IMG/VR virus record: IMGVR_UViG_3300032238_000599
Location: 1 to 64,000 of that record
DNA from: a virus
Length of the DNA: 64,000 nt
Strand: one strand, 5' to 3'
Shown: positions 32,401 to 39,182 of the stretch, piece by piece
Numbering within the stretch: the stretch's first letter is position 1
Layout of the letters: the number at the start of each line of letters is the position of its first letter
Notes under the pieces: model-generated
The model's input: only the letters and a program-made list of their open reading frames with translations
Told to the model about the DNA's origin: nothing
The model's database searches: none
Made by a program: the position numbers and the translations under genes

Positions 32401-33835
32401 ATAATACACGCTGTCCTTGAGACAACTGCACACCGTCTACATTATAACCTAGCTGGCCTTCGATTGTACTAAACACATCTGCTGTAAATGTATCAATTAC
32501 ATCTACATCAAGTATAGCCTCAAGTCCAGAATTAAATAATTTTAAGCCAGCTTCAAATTCAATAATAGGACGAATAGCTCGAGCTAGTTGATCTAAACTA
32601 GCGATTTTGCCATTATAAGCCGCACTAGTTTCAATTACATCTTTGTGAAACCAGCGATTATATCTTGCCCATGGATTTCTATCCTTGCTTGCTCTGTTAA
32701 TTACAATATAATCTTTCTTGTTTGAGTATGACGTGGCAATATCAAAAGGATAGTAGTCAAACGTTGTATCATCGAACGGAACTACAACACTATCAGAATA
32801 ATTAGAAATAATTTCTAAGTCACGTTCTGCAACTAATTGAATTTTATCGCCAACACCTTCTACATAAAATAAATCTGTAGCATATTTTTCAGGTGTAACT
32901 ATTCCTCTAAATTTTAATTTCATACCATTGCTTAACTGTGTTCCGTTAGGCAATGTATAAGTTTTCTTACCTATAACATCTCTTTCAACATCAATTTCTG
33001 TATTTTCAGTAATGTTATAAATTTTAATAACGCCGCCAACGTTAGCATCATTTTCACTAACATAAAATAATACATTAGGCGCATTGTTTGGAATCTTAAT
33101 TGTGATTGTGCCGTCTTCTACCGCAGAAATAGTACTATCACCCCAATCATATCTGTCTGAGGTTCCGGCTGTTTTAGCAGTTTTAAAACTAAACGGTTCG
33201 CCTTGACTCTTAATAACAAAGTTATAAGTTTGTCCTCTAAATAGTTTTAATATGGGATTTCTAGTAAGGCCGTTTGGAGTAAACACATACTCTTTGCTTC
33301 CGCCCTCGTCTTCAACATTAACAGTATATGTACTTTCAATGGTACGTTGTTGTCCAACTATATCGATAACATCAGGACCGTAAGGCAACCAGTAGTATTG
33401 TTGGAAGTTAACAAACTTGTCCCAATCAATGTGCGGATTCCAAGAATAAAATTCTTGGCGATTTAAACGTTCGTGATTAGAAACATTGCCGCCAAACACA
33501 TCTAGTTGATTAATATAATCAATATAGTCTTTATAATATTCAACGTTACCTAACGAATCTTTAACTGTTAGACTTGGTTCTAACTGATAATTTTGTCTAT
33601 CGCCGTCAACCGATTTAACAAAAATATTTGATCCGGTTGAAGATTTTGCGTTTTGACGTCCGATATATCCGTTAACTTTTTTAACCGTTCCGGGTTGTAC
33701 TAATTGATCTAATGTAGCATTAGTAAATTTTTTGTTACTGTCTGTTCTATAGAACCGAGGTAACAACGAAGAAGTTTTAATAGTCTTCTTGCTACCTCTT
33801 GAAGGAACCGGATATTCGTTTTGATTCTTTGCCAT
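20405..33835 (-). CDS. giant (4476 aa) baseplate wedge / virion structural protein
   Basis: Single uninterrupted ORF after the gp6-like gene, with FG-GAP-like propeller repeats, W...Y..G..V carbohydrate-binding-like modules and G.GY..AP repeats. Confidence 0.75.
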   Translation of the reverse strand: MAKNQNEYPVPSRGSKKTIKTSSLLPRFYRTDSNKKFTNATLDQLVQPGTVKKVNGYIGRQNAKSSTGSNIFVKSVDGDRQNYQLEPSLTVKDSLGNVEYYKDYIDYINQLDVFGGNVSNHERLNRQEFYSWNPHIDWDKFVNFQQYYWLPYGPDVIDIVGQQRTIESTYTVNVEDEGGSKEYVFTPNGLTRNPILKLFRGQTYNFVIKSQGEPFSFKTAKTAGTSDRYDWGDSTISAVEDGTITIKIPNNAPNVLFYVSENDANVGGVIKIYNITENTEIDVERDVIGKKTYTLPNGTQLSNGMKLKFRGIVTPEKYATDLFYVEGVGDKIQLVAERDLEIISNYSDSVVVPFDDTTFDYYPFDIATSYSNKKDYIVINRASKDRNPWARYNRWFHKDVIETSAAYNGKIASLDQLARAIRPIIEFEAGLKLFNSGLEAILDVDVIDTFTADVFSTIEGQLGYNVDGVQLSQGQRVLFLADTDILVKNKIYRVEFIEVVPPGEARRRQIRLVEESSPVLYQTALVKYGNNNQGLMYWYNGTTWVVSQTKTSLNQTPLFDVVDTNRYSFGDKTIYDGSTFIGTKLFSYAIGTGTADSELGFALKHKNINNVGDIVFDFNLLTDTFIYKTLLDVKTITTNVGSLVKSNGLSNVHYVNGWEISNVSHYQPIVRVYRNSGKINNFDLDVFDDKTNLDDLELRIYINGKRLSKDHWTIIDSPRYKRIVLNTDITLDDVLTMRAFSAQPKNSNGYYEIPINLQNNPLNADINQFTLGEVIDHVDSIIDNLTTFKGTFPGPTNLRDIGPINQYGTKFVQHSGALPMAMYHITSKNSNVIKAIQESRDDYGKFKREFMISAESLGIDVDPVRFVDLILEDINKNKPTTFPYYFSDMVPYGAAKITTITVVDYRIKQYPLSSNFTLDTVGPNAVLVYVNDVQLVHGVDYEFHGDGFVTITYSELANDDVIKIVEYETTDGSFVPSTPTKLGLWPRFKPMKYLDTSFVNPTYVIQGHDGSIVVAYNDYRDDLLLELEKRIFNNIKVKYDTALFDILDYVPRYNVDNDYSLSEFTKILSNNFYQWSKLIDKDFTKPLKFDATNPITYNYRGHTAPDGREVPGYWRGIYRWLYDTDRPHLCPWEMLGYYIEPSWWQDVYGLAPYTSNNLVMWQDLSEGVIREPGKAVVRNPKFARPYLLNCIPVTENGEIANPIESNTAQGLITTTIQQDYLFGDVAPVESAWRRSSYYPFGVLASVILSHPAELVSRLYDRARVYRDLSGQIVYKDTGVRTRLADVVTPNIYSDTTRVQTVGLVNYLVDYIQSDNLKSLKQYRYDLDNLSVQLSYRIAGFTEKEKFNLLLDSKNPTAVGGVFVPQENYSIVFNTSSPTRKLTYSGVLVAKTPLGFEVNGYSPSAPYFNYYPWNKVGYTINIGGISEAFSDWTAEKQYIAGKIVRSNNIFYRVVVSHVSRTSFNTDYFQKLPSLPMVGGTEAQIRTGWDKEEIITIPYRTIFRTVQEVVDFLLGYGEYLQDQGFIFDDFNNNLNVITNWVTASKEFLFWTTQNWSTGQEKWVDWSENTKYEVGNLIRYEGQIYRVSRSGDSGITFNLDNYSIIEELSSVGSSVIALSPAASSLIIDLGYNVVEDIRDQFNGYEFFRPDGQKLEPEFLNSYRDGNVVQYTPNNVFGIYGATFYLVQKEHVLLIDNSTLFNDTIYEQTTGYRQEKIKISAYISTDWFGGFDIPGFIYDEGAVKNWEPWTDYNLGDAVKHKEFYYSASKFLPGTEEFDPENWIRLKEKPKSQMLPNWTYKAEQFEDFYSLDSDNFDVGQQKMAQHLIGYQKRQYLENIIKDDISEYKFYQGMIIEKGTQNVLNKLFDVLSADNQESIKFFEEWALRVGQYGSNKSYDEIEFTLDESLFKLNPQPILLVNQPDPTAVDFVIRQTPNDVYIKPLNYNNAPWPLKSDFTSYLRTPGYVRVEDVSASIDTLDQVLNFTNILDFAEGSYIWCAFEKRSWNVYRMTKPSWTVTAISFNSTLKQVTLTTSSVHGLNPTNNLPDRYFALTNTPANIAAYNLNPTVNPLPFIGAAGFFKVLSASAQTIVLDTPDITYPDPDTNLAANIFPLRFTVQRSSSIDNISSNIPSRLQQNELIWVDNNGSNKWTVYQHNTVYAQSTFNNTVKVNGLELGLALAVSRDAKVATVTNGRSEVIVYIKQGIKASWIQKQIITLNGNEATVTLGEFGSAVEISDDKTWIAIATPNASSVAGSGTTNQGMVSLYKADANGQYNAEAHIPSNTPGANDKFGTSIKFAGNNTLFVGARTANGTGYVKQLNYTSGAWTFVDTFDGSEDSTYVPGSNKFFGLVVTTSKDASTLVVSAPFANSGQGKAFVYTLTINAYTWTTTINGTQTNEYLGGALTASDNGTYIATGSSYYDRPNLSSSNEGKVVIWELQDSGSYSSLQEIYSRNVEDQELFGSKISFMNDYKTLVIYSANGDSVDPVTFQPTTDSGRVDVYDRYNINWVYSESIGTTDASSAIWGAGFAVANNHVLVSAPEETSGNYLTGVVYDYQKYANTYSWTPYREELPKIDLAKIKKVFLYNKVSNEIVTYLDIVDPIQGNLIGIADQEIRYKTYYDPAIYTSGVTTLDTVNVDDGMSWNDRQVGMLWWDLRTAKFIDAYNGDVVYRNTNWNTLYPTASIDVYEWVETTLKPSQWDAQADTTAGLVANISGKSLYGDSAYCVKKRYDNVAKTFKNIYYFWVKNKTTTPNVPNRNISANNVSKLITDPKGQGCQYVAFTSNNSISLVNVKPNLAHTDVHLVVEYWTIDQYDINSHSQWKLISNDTNSSLPARIENKLIDSFCGKDQADRLVPDLDLPAKIRYGVEDRPRQSMFMNRYEALKQYLERINKVLKSNTIVEDRDISDLNQYEAPPSTITGLYDTVIDTDAELRFVGTSTFRQAIFVPVVVDGRIIEVKIIDAGLGYVNAPYLDVTGPSGINAKIKTILGTRGQVVDVNIENPGEGYDDRINSIGVTYTQVTIRRLTVLVKNDSGANGNWSIYAYDSSSEDWFRIRSQSYDVRNYWEYIDWYSTGYTQFDPVDYVVDATYLLPTVLATVGQIVKVNNVGTGGWLLLEKYADSSSIDYTQSYKIVGRQNGTIQLSDKLYKFSNTNLGYDGPLYDGDNFDNTASSELRIILTTIKNKLLIDNLKQDYLDAFFAMIRYAFSEQTFIDWAFKTSFVRAQHNVGPLKEKVTYNNDNLADFESYVNEVKPYRTKIREFVSSYTALDNTQSVVTDFDLQPAYIDGKLDEIYTTASSGAIESNVPVVLEYPWKHWYDNAGYTITSIEIVDGGTGYLSAPLIKFENNSGSGASATAFIANGRVNRIDILNRGTGYFKAPTITFDGGLDVDGNSARAVAIIGNGLVRSNLLKIKFDRVSGNYFITNLQETETFTASGSQLSFNLKWSPKLNRGDASITVNGIDALDGTYSLSSKKSVTRGYTSYYGSLSFTSPPVAGSVVKISYIKDFNYLSAADRVNFYYNPDSGELGKDVRQLMTGVDYGGVQITGLGFEVPRGWGSLPWFSDGWDSQDPTFEDYIVLISANNTTHTFTLPYTPEAGEQINVYHKIGSTAPIRLDALEYNGIKIPEKPLVIMQTFVGDGTNKTINIPVSHTITVGDEFIFRKSTSDGSIKPSETDYDTAITGGDLAYQSATGLAADDIIIDGDGLVTANTSHGPEEVVPGQIVDALAIKVKTRPNDGSANIIYHNYVYDGETDTFPLGQVPNGPQAVAVLFSNLERPLVIDVDFTVDYAQQSVTLLTMPPVGAMISVIDFGFSGIGLVEIDYFVANGETNEYITGASWNDEGINAIVYVDGVVPPYEIFKTDSTYDVANLVGIRFAGVIPLNALINYAIFNSAEQSFSVMKTETFFADGGTTYTLNNPVGTTIPLEANVIVYTNENNSVFTGPSGTYFTIEKDLAGKKILEYTIPPTRYLPYSIDAVNVVVIVDGVVLDPGIDYSLDLSGITVKIKAKIFNKYEGKTLTISVNSENTYVCSGNTIIFGSAQPAGRRITVISYYKHEYLDIQRTNITVTADVSVTPESVYYYNYLSIFGKRIKLDRPVIDDSRVWIVKNGRMLQQSVDYKLNPDLESVFLTDLPLVGDKFTVMTFGSNVVRKEFEFMIFKDMLNRTHYKRLSRERRTVLLQELKWNDTEIIIRDDRVLNPPNKFNNLPGIIYVNGERIEYFTKVGNVLSQLRRGTLGTGVKNSYPVGTIVQDIGASETVPYQDRTLSDVITVTDPAVLTYTLKEISPILDETSIGTSWYRDTIPVNYGQSNDIDVFVGGYEILGDWSSNVSYSVNDIVNVGSYTFRCLTAHTSSEAFETDSNKWKFFVGNIHLKKKPYKAHNVNIHYESPEGDITLESDFSVRGTAISPVKGIRLTHNLAEGTRFTVVQKKGTLWEDAGTSLTYSNNTIAKFITADLDLIDVISDINGDPLTDNDGNILEI

Positions 33836-33838
33836 TTA

Positions 33839-36800
33839 TTACCCGCCTGATGCACTAGTGATTGTTTGTTGTGCTGTAGCTGTTGATGATGTTACAGCGA
33901 TGCCCGTTGTTTTAATACTACTTGCTGTTATGCCTGTAATAATTTCTATGTCGTCTACAGTAGCTCCGCTAATAAACAACTGATCGGCTTCTGCTTTAAT
34001 TTCATAGAAACTACCAAATCCTAAACTACCTGATCGTGGAACTATTACGAAATTAGTAATTGTAGGTGCAAGATTGTTCATAACATAAGTTGCTAGTTCT
34101 GAGAAATAGAAAGTATCTCCAAAGTCCCAATTTTCTAAAGCAAAAAATTCATTAATTGCAATTAGAACATTTGTTTTAATTTCATTATCACTTACTACTT
34201 GTGCAGAGTTTTTAACTACTTTAAATATAGCCTGGACATCTGCATTTGATTTGGTACCAAATAGTACTCGGTACTTTACTGGGTGATAGATAATTTCATC
34301 ACTAATTGATTTAATTAAATTTAAACTCGGGCTAAGTGAACTGTATAATTGATCTGAACTAGGTGCCAATGGTTCATAAGTTCTGCTACCATCTAGCCAT
34401 TGTCTAAATTGTACATCATAATTTCTAGTCAATACAAAAATGTCAATGATATTACTAATTGTTGGATCAATCCTAGTCTCATAGTCAGCACTATGCACAT
34501 ATTGGAATTTGATATTTCCACGCCCAGAAAAAACTTTATAATCTAAACTAGGCACTAACTTACTTTGTAATAAGTTTAGTCGTTTAACAACGTTAGTTTT
34601 TACAAAATAAAAATATTGCCCGTCAGTATGATTAATTAACGGATACGCATTATTTTCCGCATAAAATATTTTAACTTTGTTGTTTATATTACTAACATAT
34701 CTATAATCTTCTTGTCCTTTTTCAACAAGGTATTTTTCTAAGATAACAAATTTTGTTTGCAGTACTGCGGCTTCTGTTTCATTAACATCCGGCGGGGCAA
34801 CTAGATTAAAAAACAAATCTGGATTGTCTACAATGCCGTCATCGTTTTCATCAGAGAATGTAATTTCAATCTTTTTAGTATCTTTATATCCATCTAATCC
34901 TATAAACTCTTTCGATATTTCCCAATTCAAATCATAGGTAAAAGGTACGGTATCATCTGGTTGAGTGTTGATGTTTAAAATTCGAATTTGATCTTTAACA
35001 ATTAGGTTAGTTCTACTATCGTAGATTTTATTTGTTTCATCAAAATAAAAACGAACTTTTGCGTCACTTTCAAACACATATCTTAATAAACGAGATGTAA
35101 CAGTATAGTATTCATTATCTGTAGTAAACAGTATTAGCCAGCTTGAATCTAACTGCTGATTTGTGTTATCACCTTGTTTACCTAGACTAAAATTACTCTT
35201 AGAGTCAAGATTTGTTTCAAAAACTATTACCCAACTCTTCTGATCAATATCATAACGTAAGCCAAAAGGCTTGTTAGAAAAGATTAAATTGATCATTGTA
35301 GAAATAGTACTAGTATCTAAAGTAGTTCTCCACTTTGGAATTATCCTATTAAGAATAGCACCGTCAGGAACGATAGAACTTAATACCACTGGACCAAGGC
35401 CTGTTAATAATGTTCCTACTCCGCCGGCGCGGCCGTCGCCTGTTACTCCGACTACAGTAGCCCATAATTCAGTAGAAGTGTTAAGTCCTTGAACAGTTGT
35501 TAGCTCATTATTCTTGTCTCTTTGAAAATATTGAGGAAGACCACCTGGAGTGTCAGGAGCGGTAAATTTAATCAAACTTCCAAGATCGACATACTTTAAA
35601 GTAGTAAGTGCATAGGTAGAAACTGGCAATATTGCGCCGTCATTTGTTGATCGAAAATACCCAGTGCCTTCATTTGTATCACTAGTTACAAATCCCCATG
35701 CTACTTCTGCTTCAGTATAAGATATTAAATTAAAGTTAGCATAATAGTAATTTCTTAGAGCAGGTTCTTTTAGAGTATCAATAATTTTATTGTATATAAT
35801 ACCTTCAATGTCAGTTCTAGTTACGTAAGTAAATCTATAACTGTCATTGTATTCTTCTCGATAAATCACGCCATCGTCAGCAAATATATTTGTTGAGCTA
35901 TACTTTCCTGTAGGATCAACTAGATCAAAATATCGACTAATTCCGCTTGCTGAACGATTCATTGCTTTAACTTTAGCAACATCTTGGCTAACGCCTAGCG
36001 GACTAATATTATAATCTTCGCCTGTAATCATACGGTTTTGTGTATAATAAGTTTGAGGCGCATTAGTCTTGATACTGTCGTTTGTTTCACTAACACTCGA
36101 ATTAGTTACAGATGTTTGTAAACTTAAAGTTAAAGTCAATACTTCTTGTTGTCCTACATTTGAAATGTACGGAACATCAATGCTTATACTTTTAATGTCT
36201 TTAGCATTAATTGTATAAGATAGTGCATTGCTAGTTCTATAGTAAGTACGGAATGTGCCTAGTGGAAGGCTCCCAAACGTTCCATCACTAAATGTTAAAC
36301 TAACTCGATCGCCTGCACGAGTTACAACACCATAAATGTTTTTAATATTTTTCTTTAGACTATTATAGATAATGTTGTTGCCTTCAAAGCTAGGAACTTT
36401 TGCCCATAGTTCTGATTCAACACCGTTTTGATTTAATCTGTATAACCATACATCTGAGTCGTTAACGTTTACTGCGTCAATGTCAACGCTTTCGTTATTG
36501 CTAGGCTGAGTAATTGTAAACGTGCCTTGATTTAATGTTCCTTGACGGAAATGTAAAAAGAATCCTGAACTAGGACTTGCCGCGCCGCGGCCGTCATTTC
36601 GATACAAGAACGCAAGATGGTTACCAATTCTTGGGGGTTCTTCATAGATGAATGTTTCGTCTTTGAAAACCGTTGACACTATTTCAAATGTCATAGAACG
36701 TCCGTCGATTGCTTTACTAAAAGTATAAACCGGAACATCAGTATTAGTAGCTTGGAAACGATATTGTTCTGTTGGAATGCCGTTAATTACTGCTTTGTCA

Positions 36801-37321
36801 TCAGGATTACCAAACTGTCCTGTTGTAGGAAGAGATGCATTTATAACTTTAGTAAATTGATCATACCAGTTAGTATTTGCTGGATCATTCCATACAACGA
36901 CTTGTCCAGATAAATTTCTACCATTACTATCTAAAACAGTTTGTGTGGTTTTTACACTGGTAAATTTTAATAATCCGTTGGCAGCAACATTACGTTTTGC
37001 ATTGTAACTTAGCATACGTGCTAGACGTAAGACCGACTCTCGGCGTTCTGCTAGTTCTAAAAAGTTTTCACGAGCATTTAAATCAACACGGAAAGCAATA
37101 CTCTGTCCAAGGAAAGCAATAAGATCAATTAGAGCAAGATATTCACTAGATTCAATATAATCATTGTAATCTTCTGGGTAATTTTGGCGGATGTAGGAAA
37201 TCATTGTCCTACGCAAGTTTTCAAAGTCGTAGCTTTGGAAGTCAGCATTGCGGAAAGATTGGTAAACTTTTTTCCAATCTTCTGCTACTAATAATCTATT
37301 TTGTCTATCTGTTGATGACAT
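33839..37321 (-). CDS. baseplate wedge subunit (T4 gp6-like)
   Basis: SYDFENLR, ENFLELAERRESVLRLA.MLSY, ET...IK..AP..Y.TQNRM.T..DY motifs. Follows gp25. Confidence 0.8.
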   Translation of the reverse strand: MSSTDRQNRLLVAEDWKKVYQSFRNADFQSYDFENLRRTMISYIRQNYPEDYNDYIESSEYLALIDLIAFLGQSIAFRVDLNARENFLELAERRESVLRLARMLSYNAKRNVAANGLLKFTSVKTTQTVLDSNGRNLSGQVVVWNDPANTNWYDQFTKVINASLPTTGQFGNPDDKAVINGIPTEQYRFQATNTDVPVYTFSKAIDGRSMTFEIVSTVFKDETFIYEEPPRIGNHLAFLYRNDGRGAASPSSGFFLHFRQGTLNQGTFTITQPSNNESVDIDAVNVNDSDVWLYRLNQNGVESELWAKVPSFEGNNIIYNSLKKNIKNIYGVVTRAGDRVSLTFSDGTFGSLPLGTFRTYYRTSNALSYTINAKDIKSISIDVPYISNVGQQEVLTLTLSLQTSVTNSSVSETNDSIKTNAPQTYYTQNRMITGEDYNISPLGVSQDVAKVKAMNRSASGISRYFDLVDPTGKYSSTNIFADDGVIYREEYNDSYRFTYVTRTDIEGIIYNKIIDTLKEPALRNYYYANFNLISYTEAEVAWGFVTSDTNEGTGYFRSTNDGAILPVSTYALTTLKYVDLGSLIKFTAPDTPGGLPQYFQRDKNNELTTVQGLNTSTELWATVVGVTGDGRAGGVGTLLTGLGPVVLSSIVPDGAILNRIIPKWRTTLDTSTISTMINLIFSNKPFGLRYDIDQKSWVIVFETNLDSKSNFSLGKQGDNTNQQLDSSWLILFTTDNEYYTVTSRLLRYVFESDAKVRFYFDETNKIYDSRTNLIVKDQIRILNINTQPDDTVPFTYDLNWEISKEFIGLDGYKDTKKIEITFSDENDDGIVDNPDLFFNLVAPPDVNETEAAVLQTKFVILEKYLVEKGQEDYRYVSNINNKVKIFYAENNAYPLINHTDGQYFYFVKTNVVKRLNLLQSKLVPSLDYKVFSGRGNIKFQYVHSADYETRIDPTISNIIDIFVLTRNYDVQFRQWLDGSRTYEPLAPSSDQLYSSLSPSLNLIKSISDEIIYHPVKYRVLFGTKSNADVQAIFKVVKNSAQVVSDNEIKTNVLIAINEFFALENWDFGDTFYFSELATYVMNNLAPTITNFVIVPRSGSLGFGSFYEIKAEADQLFISGATVDDIEIITGITASSIKTTGIAVTSSTATAQQTITSASGG

Positions 37322-37339
37322 ATTCTTTCCTATTTTACA

Positions 37340-37347
37340 TATTTATC
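37340..37347 (-). promoter_or_regulatory. late promoter GATAAATA
   Basis: Intergenic, about 18 nt upstream of the start at 37321. Confidence 0.55.
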
Positions 37348-37368
37348 GGATACTATTAACTGGGTAGT

Positions 37369-37815
37369 TTATCTTGTTAGTAGCCCGTTATCTTGATCAA
37401 ATTTTAATTGCATACTTTGACTAATGTTGTAGGGCAAATAAGTTAGTACACACTCTATTTGTATTCCTGATTCATAGCTAGTAATTGTAATTTGATCAGC
37501 TTTTATCCTAGGGTCGTAGTTGATAATCATTTCAACGTTTTTAGCAATTGCCTGTTTAAGATCTTCTGTTAATGGTTCAAACAACATATCCCAGATAATG
37601 GTTCCAAAATTAGGATTCATTAATCTTTCGCCTTGTCGTGTATGGAAATGATTTAACAAGTCTTGCTTAATCAATTCTAAATCAAATAAGCTAAAATTTT
37701 CTGTAGACGGATTGACCGTACTAAACCCTTTGTATGTTTTAGTTCCCGGAATATCGTTATTCCTACGTCCAGGAGTTAGTACGATTTTATCGTATAGATT
37801 AGAGTTTGTTGTCAT
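37369..37815 (-). CDS. gp25: baseplate wedge subunit gp25-like
   Basis: T.QGER.MNP.FG..I..LFEP...YDPRI GPW/gp25 motif. Confidence 0.85.
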   Translation of the reverse strand: MTTNSNLYDKIVLTPGRRNNDIPGTKTYKGFSTVNPSTENFSLFDLELIKQDLLNHFHTRQGERLMNPNFGTIIWDMLFEPLTEDLKQAIAKNVEMIINYDPRIKADQITITSYESGIQIECVLTYLPYNISQSMQLKFDQDNGLLTR

Positions 37816-39179
37816 TATTCTTCCTCATTGCTTGGCGGTTTAATCTTTGCAAATGTGTCTGTTTCAGTTGAATACTTTTTAAATCTTGCAGGAGTTGCTT
37901 GAGCAGGAACAACTAATTTTGCTTCTGTCTTTGCAGGAGTAACTGCTGTTGGATCAAGATTTTCATGTCCTGCCCACGGTTCATGCTGAGGTATCCTAAC
38001 AGGTTTTGATGCTTTAGTTGCTACTGGACCGTTCATATCAATTCTTCCAGCAGTTTCTCTATGAGCTGTAGTACTATTAATATGGCTAACTGCTCCTGAT
38101 GTTATTTTTGTATCTCGCCCAGCACTTAAATTAATATCTCGAGCGGCTGTAAGATTAATGTCTCTATCGGCTGTAACATTTAAATCATTTTTAGTATGGA
38201 TACTAATACTGTCTTCTGCGAAGATATCAATCTTGCCGTTGCTAGTTAATTCAATCCAAGTAGTACCTTTAGCGTTGCCAATATAAATTAAATCTTCGCT
38301 GTTGTGCAATAAAATTTGATGCCCAGTACGTGTTCGTATACGGACTAATTCGTTATGAGGAATTGTTTTAATTCCATCAGTTTCTCCTTGCTCAACGGCC
38401 GCATATAATGGAGGGCCTTCGTCAGCTTTGGTTTTACGAAGAAACTTATCATCACCATCATCCATTACAAACGTTGTACCGCCAAGTCTGCTTACAAAAG
38501 CACCACTAATTCTAGAATCTTTTTTTCCTATATTACCTTTTGTAGCGCCATCTTGTTTGTCAACAGGTCCCGGAGTACTGATACCAAAAACCATACTAGG
38601 AGTTTCGCGACGAGCACTTGATGTAGTAATACCTCGAATGTCGTCTTCAATTAATCCTTGATCAGCTAGAACTTTTGCCAAAGGATGTTTTGGTTTTGTA
38701 ATTTTAGTTGGATCTGTTTCTGGCTTGTCAATTCTTTTATTGTATTCAGCAACAGGAACTCTTGGATAGTCACCGTCGACGTTATACAATGTTGCGGCAA
38801 CACCTGGCATACTAAAATTAATATTTTCATCTTGTACACAACCAATCCAATAACCTTTACGTGGATCTCCGTCAATAAAAATAACCATAACAGTTGACCC
38901 AACATCTGGCGGTATCATCCACATTCCGTAGGCTTTCTGCGTAGCATTATAATCGTCGGTGCCTTCATTTACATAGTCAACACTAGTTTGTCCAAAAAAT
39001 GGACTCATATATTTTACTTGATGTAACTGGCCATCGGCGGCTTCATCGTTCCCTACAGGTCTTAACAACTCAACCTCAAGTCCACCCATGTAGTTAGGAT
39101 CGAGGTGGCTGATAACTTTAGCCAAGTAAGGACCGGGCTTGGGATCTGGTTGTGATGTTGATCTGACTTCTACTGGCAT
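37815..39179 (-). CDS. baseplate hub / spike protein (gp5/Vgr OB-fold like)
   Basis: PDVGSTVMVIF..GD...GYWIG OB-fold, RTRTGHQI, beta-helix-like repeats (ADRDINLTAARDINLSAGRD), HEPW terminus. Confidence 0.75.
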   Translation of the reverse strand: MPVEVRSTSQPDPKPGPYLAKVISHLDPNYMGGLEVELLRPVGNDEAADGQLHQVKYMSPFFGQTSVDYVNEGTDDYNATQKAYGMWMIPPDVGSTVMVIFIDGDPRKGYWIGCVQDENINFSMPGVAATLYNVDGDYPRVPVAEYNKRIDKPETDPTKITKPKHPLAKVLADQGLIEDDIRGITTSSARRETPSMVFGISTPGPVDKQDGATKGNIGKKDSRISGAFVSRLGGTTFVMDDGDDKFLRKTKADEGPPLYAAVEQGETDGIKTIPHNELVRIRTRTGHQILLHNSEDLIYIGNAKGTTWIELTSNGKIDIFAEDSISIHTKNDLNVTADRDINLTAARDINLSAGRDTKITSGAVSHINSTTAHRETAGRIDMNGPVATKASKPVRIPQHEPWAGHENLDPTAVTPAKTEAKLVVPAQATPARFKKYSTETDTFAKIKPPSNEEE

Positions 39180-39182
39180 ATT

